Below are positions 25,680-37,515 of a stretch of DNA of 64,000 nucleotides, piece after piece. The stretch is taken from NCBI GenBank assembly GCA_028534125.1, contig CM052818.1:5830001-5894000 (forward strand). The letters run 5' to 3'. The DNA comes from Lama glama. Taxonomy: Eukaryota. The translations under genes were made by a program, and so were the position numbers. The notes under the pieces were generated by a model that was not told the DNA's origin, ran no database searches, and saw nothing but the letters and a program-made list of their open reading frames with translations. Position 1 is the stretch's first letter. Each line of letters starts with the position of its first letter.

Positions 25680-26200
25680 CTTTCACTTAGTCATCCATTT
25701 GAAATGTGTTGAGTACCTACTATGTGAGGGCATTGCTCCAGGCACAATGTCAAGGGAAGATACAGCAACAAGTAAAACAGAGCAAAATCCTTCTAACTGG
25801 GGAAAGAGACAAGAGAACTCACTTGCTCCTCAATTACTCAGCCTCTAGTGTGCTAAAATACCTCTTTCCCAGTTCTTGCTCTTCACTAATACTAAGTAAA
25901 GGTACAGAGGATGTCATTGGTGACAAGGCTTCTGGGCAGAATAAAGCAGGACAGGGGCCCAGGGACTGCTGGGTTTGGCTGGGTGGCCGTTTGGAAAATT
26001 AAATGGGGTCGTCAGACAAGGCATAGTATTTGAGTAAAGATTTGAAGGCGGCGAGGCCAGAGCCATCATGGGAGATGAGATGTCTAGGTAGAGGAAACAG
26101 CAAGTGTGTAGACCCAGGGGCAGCGGAACGCTGGGATGTTTGAGAAGCAGGTAGAAGGCCGGTGGTCCCCTCTTGGTGGGGAGGGGCGTTGGAGTGGATA
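25680..26200 (-). mobile_element. L2 LINE, interrupted by a 79-bp templated insert at 25813-25891
   Basis: TCATCCATTTGAAATGTGTTGAGTACCTACTATGTG...TTTGAGTAAAGATTTGAAGG...GAGGAAACAGCAAGTGTGTAGACCC. Confidence 0.8.
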
Positions 26201-26319
26201 AAGGGGGGCTGGAGAGGACTGACACACATGGGTTCGGACTCTGCCTCGGCCACCCTCTTGAGTGTCTTCGGGCAAGCTAGCTAGTCTTGAAATAATGCAG
26301 CGTCTTAAATTGAAGTGAG

Positions 26320-26775
26320 CCTGTTAATCCCCAACCCCTCATTTATCCCTTCCCACCCTGCCCTCCTTGGTAACCATAGTTTGTTTCCTATGTGAGTGTG
26401 GTTTTGGTTTGTAAATAGAATTTGCATCATTTTTTTTTCAGAGCCCCCATATAAGTGATATCATATATTTGTCTCTCTTTCTTCGACTTACTTCACTCAA
26501 TATGATAATCTCTAGGTCCGCCCAGGATTAACAGACACATATTACTATATATAAAATAGCACAGGGAACTATATTCAATTTCTTGTAAGAACATATAATG
26601 GAAAAGAATCTGAAAAGAAAAAGTATATATATATGTATGTATATGTATAACTGAATCACTTTGCTGTACACCTAGACTAACATTGTAAATCAACTACATT
26701 TCAATAACAAATGCTTTTAAAAAATTTTTTTAAAAATTAAAAAAATTTTTTTTAATTTTAAAAATTAAAAAAAAC
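26320..26775 (+). mobile_element. LINE-1 3' end with inverted 5' segment (twin priming)
   Basis: About 26320-26519 antisense, about 26525-26775 sense; TSD AAATTGAAGTGAG (26307-26319) vs AAATTGGAGTGAG (26776-26788). Confidence 0.9.
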
Positions 26776-27109
26776 AAATTGGAGTGAGAAAAATTCCCTT
26801 CTATAGTTGTGTTCTACTTAGATTGGAGAAAATACATGGAAAGCAACTAGTTTAGTATCCACTACATGTTAGGGGCTTTATAACTGTTATTGAACATAGT
26901 AGGCATGTTATAAATATGTAATGACTGACATGAAGACCACAGTGCTTTGATCTTCAAAATTAACGTGCCTTCTATTCAAATTTCAATAATCAATGAACAA
27001 TATGTATCTTTTCGGTGCACGGTGCTACACAAATTTCGAGTGAAATATGACTCGATCTCTGGCCTTCATGAGGGTCTAATCTAGTTGGGGAGATAAGATG
27101 GATAGATAT

Positions 27110-27470
27110 TAAGACCATAGACAAATCATCTAGTTTTTCTTTTAGGTAAATGGAAGGATTTCATTTCCCTGCCCCTTTGAAGTTAAGTGTTTGTGTGACT
27201 GCTTTTGCCCATGAAACCTGCATGCTAGTGATACGTGTTAATTCCCGGGAAAGGCTTTAAGTACCAGCGCATTAGTTTGCCCCAAAACAGGTGTTGAGAT
27301 GGAGTCTCTTATTAGTCCAGGTCGCCGGGCGATTACAATGAGCTCAGCCTCCCTACTGACCTACGCTGGAAATGCAGAATGAGCAGGCAGGAAAGTGGTT
27401 GGGCCCAACCCCTGAGACTGGCAGGCATTTGTTACTGCTGTGTAAGGTGCCCTGTCCCGACTGAAACCAC
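27110..27470 (+). mobile_element. MLT1I/J-like MaLR LTR next to an L2 fragment (about 26985-27105, minus strand)
   Basis: CATTTCCCTGCCCCTTTGAAGTTAAGTG...GTGACTGCTTTTGCCCATGAAA...TTTGTTACTGCTG. Confidence 0.7.
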
Positions 27471-29040
27471 TTGGAGAACAATCAGAGAACACAATTACGG
27501 GCTGACAGTCCTTCCTTATCATGGTGGGAACAAGATAATAATGCAGTCAGGATAACATTCTAGGATGAGAGCGTTGTAAAGAGGTAGATATATCATCACT
27601 GTGTTTAAAAAAGAGTTGAACAAATATCACATATATCATGGCTTTATAAAAAATATTTTCAACCAACACAAATTTAATGAACTGCCATGTATGTTCGATG
27701 CTTGATCAACTAAAAATCTCGAGAAAATTTTCCAAAAATTATAAATTGACCTGAAAACACTTCTAGTGTGCTAAAATACCTCTTTCCCAGTTCTTGCTCT
27801 TCACTAATATTTTCTTTCATGGATTTTGTAAATTAGTATTTATATTTCAGTTTCTGTCCAAAAAGGTGCACAGTGGTCTAAGGCTAAAGACTCTGATATA
27901 AGAAGGCTAAAAACTATGACTGGAAGAGAATAAGAGACATACTGTGTATTCCTAAAGGAAAAAAGTTTTGAGATGTGTCAGTCTAAAATGGAAAATATGT
28001 TTGCTTTTAAAACTTTGCATCAGCCAACTTCAGGATCCAAGTGTCATACTTCCCCTAAATAAACAGAATATAAGAAACGACCCATGGGCCATTGGTTCAC
28101 AGTGTCTGAGAACTCACTTGCTCCTCAATTACTCAGCCTCTATCAGTAATTTTGATTCCTTCTATCACTCATCTTAGATGCCTTTCTTTCCTGGAGTCGT
28201 TCTGTCATCATAGGCTTTGGAAGAGGGATGTAATGTCAGCATTGACCAGGAATTAAATGAAGTCCCTCTAAAGAATTTTCATTTTATGGCATTCATACCA
28301 AACCAGGACACGAGGGTTTTGTTTTCTCGTGGTGACTTTATTTTTTCAGACCTGAAGAAAATTGCTCAAATCTGTGCTTCACTAAATACAATGCAGAGCT
28401 CCAAAAAGGGGGGGGGGAACCACTTTGCAAAGACTAAATAATGCTAAGGAATTTATTTTCAACTTTCCAAAGAAATGCGTAATTCTCTTTAGAAGCTAAA
28501 CACGATTTAAGTGTAAAGTTTTTATAGAATACACTTTAAATTTAGAACACTGAAACTAGTCTAAACATGGTGCCAAATTGTTCGCAGAGTCCACACCTTT
28601 CAGTTTACTCCCCTCAAACCCTCAATAAGGTTTCTAATTTTGGTTGGATTTAGTCAAGGAAGTGTTCACCTTGTCCTTTTCTCAGATGGTCTTTTTTGTT
28701 TTTCTTTTTTTTCCCCCACTGAATTACCAGTAGGTGAGAATTTGCTGGTACAAACATACATTTCTGTTCTTCACTCTCATTCTCTGACAGTCTTTTTTGA
28801 GTTCTCTTTATCTTGCCTCTTTTTCACACTGGCCCAATCGGCCACTTTTATCTGTTGAAGCTCCGAGCCCAAAAGTTGTTGATTCCAAGGGTGAGATGTG
28901 GACTGACTACAGGACTTTTAATGCCCACTAGAGCAGAAGGGATCAGTGATGACGTTCCCCAACTCGGCAAGGGCAAGGGCAAGGGGGTGGGGGCACCTGG
29001 GCTGGGTGAATGGGCTCTGGGAACCGTGGGTTTTGGGGGG

Positions 29041-29235
29041 TTTTTTGACTGAAGTATAGTCAGTTTACAATGTTGTGTTAATTTCTGGTGTACAGCACAA
29101 TGTTTCAGTCATACATATGCACACATGTATTCATTTTCATTATAGATTACTATAAGATATTGAATATTGTTCCCTGTGAAATAGAGAAGAAACTTGTTGT
29201 TTATCTATTTTATATATAACAGTTAGTATCTGCAT
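29041..29235 (-). mobile_element. LINE-1 3' terminus fragment
   Basis: TTTTTTGACTGAAGTATAGTCAGTTTACAATGTTGTGTTAATTTCTGGTGTACAGC. Confidence 0.9.
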
Positions 29236-32200
29236 TCTTTGATCTCCATCCTGGCCCTACACAGAGACAGCCTTGTGCAGGGAGCAGTCCTGCTGCCCGT
29301 TTCCCCAAGGCTCTGCTCTCTCCTTTCTGTGCAGACAGAGGTGGCCCTGCCATTCCCTGCAAAAGGAGGCTGCTGCTGTTTCAGCCCGTGTTCTTCCCAG
29401 ATTCCTTTGCTTCTGTCTACCCACTGGCTTCCATTTTATCCCTGACCGTTCAGATCCCTCCACCAGGCCCCTTGCTTCTCATATCCCACGCTGGCCACAG
29501 CCTTGCTGAGCCCCCAGCTCAGGGTTGGGAAGTATAGCCCCTGCCTCTCTGTGCCAACCTTTCTAAGCCTCTTTCTGGTGTTGGAAACACGCCTTCTTTA
29601 GGTACACTGTCTTAGTAACCACACTCGGGGATGGATGAGGGAAGCCAGGTGATCCACACTGAAGTATAAATGGAATTTTGAGACTCCTTAGGAGACGTGT
29701 GTCATTCTGGTGCAGGAGGCAGAGCTCAGAGGAGGTAGTGGGCAGCCTGAAGTTCTTGGCGGCAGTGTGGGCTTTGGACTTACCCAGATCTGATCTTATT
29801 CACCGTAACCACCACCTTCTGCCCTCCTTTCTTCTCTCTGGACCAGCAAGGAATCTTCTCGTGAAGTTCCTTTGTTCACTCACAGTAATGATTTCCAAGT
29901 AGCTGGGGAGGAGGAGGAAAAGGAACAAATTAGCAAACAAATTTCAGACTCTCCTGAAAACTTCCCCCAAGCTGATGAAAAGATGACCTGGAACATGAAT
30001 GAAATCTACTTGTTCAGAAAATCATGACTGCACTTGTCATCTTTAATTTTAATATTTAAATTGCTTTGTCCACGCTTCATGCTTTCTTTTTTTTTTTTTT
30101 TTTTTTTTTGGTAGCAAAACTGTTGCTAAACCAGGGACTGGCTTTGCTATGAAACTATGAAACACTATGAAAGGACAGTGTAAAGTACTCTTTGGGCGGC
30201 CTGTTTAACCACACGTAGGGCCCAGGTTAACTAAAGTTGAGGAAAATGGAAATGTTGACATTTCTTTAAACAATAAAAATTACAAGTGATTGCCAAAGTG
30301 CCACGAGCTGACATTTACAGAGATTGTTCACCGATTATATATATGAAATATCACAAATAATTAGCTTGTAGCAATTACCTGCCTCTCGTTAGTCTGCTTT
30401 TAGAATATTTTTAAAGCTTAGGTTACTAAAATTTCAAATAATCCTGGGCTGTGCTGTCATGGGTCTTTATCCAAATGAGTCGTGGTCTCTTGTAAACAGT
30501 CCTATGATCTGATTTCCATTGGGACAGGAGTTGTAAAAGGCCAGGGATTTTCGATGGATTTACACATATACTGTTTCAGTTAAGTTACCAAGGTTGACTT
30601 AACAGCACTTTTCCTCGGAATCTTAAATACACTTGCCACCCAGCCTCTTTCTACCATATTCGAGGGACTGGGTGATGAGATTAAAAGGGGCTCGAGCTGG
30701 GGGTGGAGAAGGAGTCTGCCCCCGTGAAATTTCCAGCTTGGATTCCTTCTGCCATCGGTCTCAGTTAACTAGCTTGGTGGCATTTGTTGCTGGAAAGTTG
30801 ACTTTTAAAGATATGTCACCATGGAAGCAGGTGCTGGAGCATTTTTCTTTTGGAAAACTTCATTCTGCTGGTACCATTTTGCAAGGAAGAGATACTTGGG
30901 AAGAAAGCCGGCAACTGGAACTCTGTTGTCCATGAAGGCATTGAAGCAGGGCGGCCAAGATCCTCCAATCTGATTTCTCCCCACTTCCCGAACGTAAAAA
31001 CGAGATGGGCTGGCTTTCTTAAGATTTGCTCAGCTCCTGGAATCTTTACAAACAAATATTAATGGTACTCCATTACTGGCTACATTTTCAATGAAGTTTA
31101 AATAGTCTGAGTTATGATGATTAGCGAGAAATGCACAGATAATAAAGAGAAATGAGATTCATATTTAATCCCCAACTCGGAACAATGGTTTGATTTTCTC
31201 ATTCACTTGGCAAACAATTTCGTTTCTAAATGTTATTTCAGCCACAGATATCATTTCTTTAACACAGCAGAAAGGAGGAGATTAAAATACGAGATGGAGG
31301 CAGCACTTACCTTGGACTGATTAATAGGCTCAGGCTGGTCCCCTGCCGCCATGCTTAAAAGCATCAAGACATGCTTTGCTCTCCCAGCTGATATAGATTG
31401 ATACTTACTGGGTGCCAGGAAAACCTCTTTGATTAGTCATACTAAACTGCCACTTAAGTGGTGTGCATGCCACGAAGCTACACTCTCCTTAATCAAGTCA
31501 TAAATTTGGGGACTCTCAGAAGCAGCATCCTTTTCTCTAAGGAGGCAGGTGGGGGTAGGTTCACTGGGAGTTCTCTTAGCCTTAACCTGCCAATCTCTCC
31601 CCAACCCATCGGCCGTAAGGGCCAAATCACCAACTGGAATAAAAAAACTACGGAATGTCAACCATTGACCTGATGAGGCCAATGACTCAGGCTAAATAAA
31701 CCACCTTTGCATTGACAGCCGAAAGGGAGGTGAAGGGTTGGGCAGAGGGGGCTTCTACATTTATTGTTAAGTTTTACGTTAAGTTTTGCTGATGTCACAG
31801 ACACAGGGACCATTACTTACTGCTTCGAGTCAGAAAGTTTGACGATGCTTTTCTAGAAATACAAAATGGTAGGAGTGCTCTGAGGATGAATTCCTGTCTT
31901 AAGGAACTTCTAAATAATCTCATTCATGTTTACTGAGGCAGGCTTTTCTAAGGACTCTAGGAACAAAATGCCTTTCCAGTTGGCTTCTAATCTGCAAAGT
32001 AAAACGAGTGAGTGAATTGGCTTTTCCAATCTCCCCACCACCCCCTCTCCTGTTCCTCACCATGAATTGTTCCCATCAAGGGTATCTTTTCCTCCCATTT
32101 GGCATCTTGGAGAATAAAACATCAGCTCTGAGTAATTGTGACATGCAGCTAGAGCTTTGAACTCACTATGAGTATGGGAAACTTGGAGAGCTGTAAAGTA

Positions 32201-34992
32201 TTCCTCAACCCCACGGTTGAACAGGACAACATTCTTTAAAACTCTGCATGAAATTCAATCTAATTCTTTCTTTCTCAGATTACAGGATCCTTGGTGTAAA
32301 ATATTACTTTTTTTTTTTAAAGCAAAAGTGCAAAGTTAATCTATCAGGGCGCACCTCCAGGTGAGATTTATTAACGAAAAATCGTGTGCTCACCCTGCAT
32401 ATGTGGGCCATACTCATCTTATTATCCAGCTGAAAAATTCCCAGCATCGGCGACGCCTGAAAATAAGAGCAGGCAAACCTACAGAATATGACACTTATGC
32501 TAATCTGTGCCCTGCTGTGGGAAGACATACACAAGGATTCCATTACCACATTCATTAGGCTGCTGCACACTCCATCCTGAATAGGGATTACCAACCACAA
32601 TAGACCGAAAGCAGTTGATGGAGCCCACTTAGCCAAATCGTTCTGACACTGGCCAAATACGTCAGCACTGAGAAGAGCATCAGCTCAGACTGCGTGGAGG
32701 CTGTTACTAGCTGAGAGTTTGTCCTTCCCGGAGGCAGTCACATCAGTCAGCTCCTGGCATGTGCTGTTAGCTCAGATGCTGAAAGCTGGGACCCACGTGA
32801 TATTTATGATCGGAATCTGAAAGGGTTGTTTGAAACATACAACCCAGCTCTGTCCGTGCACCTGTTGTGTGGTGCCTCTGACCCTCCCCATCCACACTTC
32901 TTTCCCGATTACGTTCAGAGGGTGAATTGTATGGTGATAGAACTGAGTAGCTAGAAAAGAAATTAGAATCAGATGGAAATGTCGAGTTCAGCACTCAGTT
33001 TGCCCCAGTCCCCTCTCTCTGGTTTTCGGGGCTACCACCCATCAGTCCAATCTTCCTGCAGTGGTAGAAATAGTGGCCACTGGTGAGCTAAAAATACGTT
33101 AAGTATTGTCGTAAATGATAAAGAAAGGAAGACAAGTTACTGCTTGGGAGATGTTATGGCTGTGCAAGCAGAGGAAAAAGATTTAAACCGCATCCATGTA
33201 TATTGTCAAGAAGATAGTAATAAAAACCTTCTGTGTGAAACCAGTTCTCAGCCTTGGGTTAAAACTTCCGTTGGGGCTTTTCTTTCTCAGTTTAGGAGTT
33301 GAACAGGAAGATGTTAAGAGTAGCTGTACCCAACGCCTTGATTTATATCACTGATGTGTTTCTGAAAAGCTGCAGAGAAATCAGATTTTGCTTTTGCCAA
33401 CAGAATCTCATACAGGCTTCAGGGAGCTTCTTTTGGCCAAAGTCACTCTGCGCTGAATCCTTACCTGTGTGTCACCTGAGGGAAAGCATCTTCCGCTTGA
33501 AACACAAATAATCACTGCTGAGTTTATTATCCACCTGGCGTGTTCCAAGTTTCCCTCCCTGGGCTTGCTGCAGTGGAGTCTACCAGAAGGATGCAATAGG
33601 ACTGGGGCAGGGTGGGGAGAGGGGGAGGGTGGTGCTTGAAACGAGAACCGTTGAGCTGAGACGGTCGTAGCTTTTTACCCCCTCTCTTGAGAAAGGGGAA
33701 ATATTAGAGGATGGAAAGCCTCATTTTTCTTTGCCTGCTTAGGGTTACGTCATGTGTTTTGGAAAGGCATAACTAACCTCTTGAGTTTTCTAAACACAAA
33801 CCCCATCAGTACCGGCTTATGATGCCCATAAATCCAGGGGAGGAAATATGGAAGGCACCCAGGCGCCCTGCCTACTTCCACAGCAGAGCAAGGGCATCAC
33901 TGAGAAACCGGAGCTGCGGCAGTGCTCCCGCCGCCGCTCCCGTCTCGGGAACTCTGTCCTGCACTTGGTCCTGCAAGCAGCCCTCCGACAGAACCAGACT
34001 CACGTGGACGGTGGAAGAGATGGTTCTGGGGTTTTCCTCTTCCATGGGATGCAGCTCCACCAGCCTGCTTTTCTGGACCATGCGCTCCACGGCATCCTGC
34101 CCTGTATCTCCCGGCTCCCTGAGATACCAGGACGCATCAGACAGGTTGAAGGCGGCTGTTTTCTTGCCAGGGGAACATGCCCCTTTGCACCGCGATTGTA
34201 ATACAATCTTTCCTCTCTGGGGCTGCGAACGCTACAGTGCAAAACCATGCTTGAAAACCTCTTTTATCATTCATCGTCTCCAGACTGAAATCATTTTTGA
34301 CAACCTCTGCAGAAAACAAGCAGCTTTCTGGCTACTGGCGAGTCGATTAAAGGGAGGAAACACATGTTCGCTGTCAGACGAAGCCCCTGGAGAAAGCACT
34401 GACAACCTTTTAACCCGCTTTCCCAGGGAAAGGGCCCAAATGTTTCTCTGGAACAAAATCACCACGTTGTCTTAAGCATCTTTTCATTTCATGCATCTTT
34501 TTATCTCTTCCTAAGTCGGGACATGTAAGAATAATGATCCTCAGCATGCCCATTTTTATTTTGGATGTTAACAGGCCTGCTTTATACCCTCCTCGGGAAG
34601 ACAGGGGAATGAGTATCATTAATGAAAGTCTTTTCTGAACTCACCCGTTCTTCATTTTTTTTTTTTCCGTCTGACCGCAGTTTAAATACCAGCACACTGA
34701 CAAGTTCACTTACCTCATAGAGGGACTCCTCAAAACCAACCAAGATGCTGCAGGAGTGAAATTTTCTGAACAGGAGGAAGGCCTGACCAGCCAACATCAT
34801 TAACAAACTGAGAATAAGACTGGGCCGTGGAAACGTCTCAACATCTCGACCCAGAGACACCCATCCATTACTTCTGCGTATGTTGTCCCGCAGAGTCATT
34901 TCCAGGGGACGGAGTAAGGAGCAGCCGGCGCGAGTGATGGAAGGTTCCATACAAAACTGAGCACAAGTGCGAGGTATGTGGGTTTGCTTCTC

Positions 34993-35097
34993 AAAAAAAG
35001 AAAGAAAGAAAGAAAGGAAGAAGGAAAAAAAGAAAGAAGAAAGAAAGAAAGAGAGAAAGAGAGAAAGAAAGGAAGGAAGGAAGGAAGGAAGGAAGAG
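34993..35097. repeat. Pure polypurine compound microsatellite (GAAA)n/(GAGAAA)n/(GGAA)n
   Basis: About 105 bp of uninterrupted A/G. Confidence 0.95.
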
Positions 35098-35489
35098 GTA
35101 ACAGCTGTTTTTAAACGCCAGTCCTGTAATCATCACAATTAGAAAAGTCCCCAGTTCTCAGTTCCTTAACCTATAACCTTAGTATTTTTTTTTTTAACCT
35201 CAGTATCACTGGTCTGGGTGGTTTGGTCTACTATAAGAAAATGATCCACCTCACCCCCTCCCTCCTCAAAGTTGCATTTTTGCTTTTACAGCCAAAAAGC
35301 GGGGGAGGAGGTGGGGATTCTGCGGGAGGGACAAGATTTAAAGTCGCTGCCTGGGAGGCTGGCTGGGAGAGGAGGCCACGTGGGGATGCTGGGCGCCGGG
35401 AGGAGGAGCGCCCCCACCCACATGAACTGACGCAGGGGCCTCCTCTCTGCCACATTCTACCAGCCCGCTTTGTTTTCTTCTTGTTATTC

Positions 35490-36455
35490 ATTGCTTTTAA
35501 ATTGATTTGTGTTTATTTACTCATTTCTAAAACTGAGGTGAAATTTGAGCAACGTAAAATTGACATTTTAGAGCCAAGAATTTAATGATTCTCAGTACAA
35601 TTCATAATGCTGGGTAATCATCACCTCTATCTAGTTCTAAAACATTTTCATCTCCTCCCCAAATAAAACTTTGTATCCATTACGCAGTTAATCCCCGTCT
35701 TCCCCTCCCCTCAGCCCCGTGCAACCACCAATCCACTTTCCATTTCTATGAATTTACCTATTCTGGATAATTCCTACAAACAGAATCATACAGTACATGA
35801 CGATTCGTGTCTGGCTTCTTCCACTCAGGACAATATTTCTGAGGTTCTTTCACACTGTAGCTTGCAGAAGTATTTCATCTTTCTTACACCTGAATTAATA
35901 TTCTGACTTACGTTTATAGCATAATTCGCTCATTTAGGTTGCCCATTGCGAATGCTGTTGCTATGGACCTTCACGTATAAGTATTTGTTGGAGAGCAAAT
36001 GGAAAATAATTTTTTTTCTTCAATTCTTTTGGGGATATACCAAGGATTAAAATTGCTAGGTCATATGGTAATTCTATGTTGCACTTTTTGAGGAACTGCC
36101 AAACGGTTTTCTCTGGTGGTTGAACCACTTTATATTCCCACCAGCAATGCGTGATTTCCTGGAGGGCAGGAAGTGGTGTTTCGCTGTGATCTCCATTTCC
36201 ATTTTCCTCATGGCCAACGATGGTGAGCACCTTTCCATATGCTTGCCGGCCACTCGTATATTTTCTTTGGAGAAATGTCTATTCAAGTGCTTTGCCCATT
36301 TATGAATAGTTTGTCTTTCTGTTGTTGCGTTATTGTTGAGTTATAAGAGTTATTTATATATTCTGGATACTAGGATGCTTATCAGATACATGATTTGTAT
36401 ACATTTTCTTCTGTATTGTAGATTTTTTTTTTTACTTTCTTGATAATGTCCTATA
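35490..36455 (-). mobile_element. L1MB-type 3' region (ORF2 C-terminus and 3' UTR)
   Basis: Minus-strand translations MNRHFSKENIRVAGKHMERCSPSL and HCWWEYKVVQP..KTVWQFLKKCNIELPYDLAI..LGI. Confidence 0.9.
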
Positions 36456-37369
36456 TAACGAGGTATATTGTAATATAGATCACACCAAGGCCTGTAAATC
36501 GGTGACATGCATACGCCTCTGGGCTCTGGGTCTCCACTTATCTTTGCATGAACAGACTTGAAGGGAGTCTTGGCTTTATTTCTGCCAGGTCATTTGTGTC
36601 TCTAGAATCTACATAGTCCTCCACCTAGAAAGGTACTGAGGGCCAACATTTCATCTCTCATATGTTGATAATGACTGAAATTACTCAAAAAGGGTAAAGC
36701 CTCTCCCATACTAAAAAAAAAAAAAAATCGGTTTTGAAATAAAGGCTTAAAACACGACCTGAGAGAAGCAGCATGTTGCTTTGAGGGAAAAACAGAATAA
36801 AATTGATCACCACATTCCAAGAACATTCCAAGAGGAAAGAGCATTACATCATCCAATCCCGAGTTTCACCCGAGGAAATGGGGCTCAGAAAACTGAGTAC
36901 TCTGTGCCCTCCAGAGCTGTGTTAGCTGGTGGACACACGATGTTTTCAATGAGAGACAGATCAAAGAGGAAGATGTGCATTCAGAGGGTGCACCCAAGAA
37001 CTCAGATCCCGACCGGCTGTTCAAATCGCTGCAGTGAGACGGCTGACTGAATGAAACCTTAGCAGAGGTTGGCCTGGGAAGCACTGTGTGCGCTGAAGGG
37101 GAGGCGGCCCACTTCGAGCACAGGGCTGGTGCACTGGAGGACTCGGATCCAGTTTCCAAACTCAGAGATGCTGAGTGAGATCTGGGTGGCTGGTGCGTCT
37201 CTGGGTTCTTTTCAGAACCACCACCTAGCAAGTGAAGTTGGATAAAAACGGCAGAGGCTGGAAGGGAGGCGGGGAAGATCTTTCTGAGGGCAGGTTTGGA
37301 CTTTTGGTGAGCTTACTTTGTTTCCCTGAGCTTTCTGAAAAAGAAGATATCATTTCTATGATAACATAA

Positions 37370-37515
37370 CAAAGGCTATTTGTTAAGTGTTTACTATATG
37401 CTTAAAGCTCTGCTTGGTCCCTTGTAACTACCATAAAAATTACGATGGTATCTTAATCCCCATTCTACACATGAGGCAACTAAGGTCCAAGAAAGCACAG
37501 AAGCACAGCTGATAA
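37370..37515 (-). mobile_element. MIR SINE
   Basis: TAATCCCCATTCTACACATGAGGCAACTAAGG. Confidence 0.7.

Noticed and set aside
25813..25891. Retrocopy of a back-spliced circular RNA
   Set aside because: An AG precedes the first donor segment, but no GT follows 28142 and the junction is explained by TCTA microhomology
33819..34475. 218-aa ORF as a protein-coding gene
   Set aside because: No recognisable domain; composition looks like translated non-coding DNA; kept only as a low-interest finding
34582..35136. 184-aa hydrophobic ORF resembling a membrane protein
   Set aside because: The F/L/S-rich stretch is the translated (TTTC)n/(TTCC)n microsatellite
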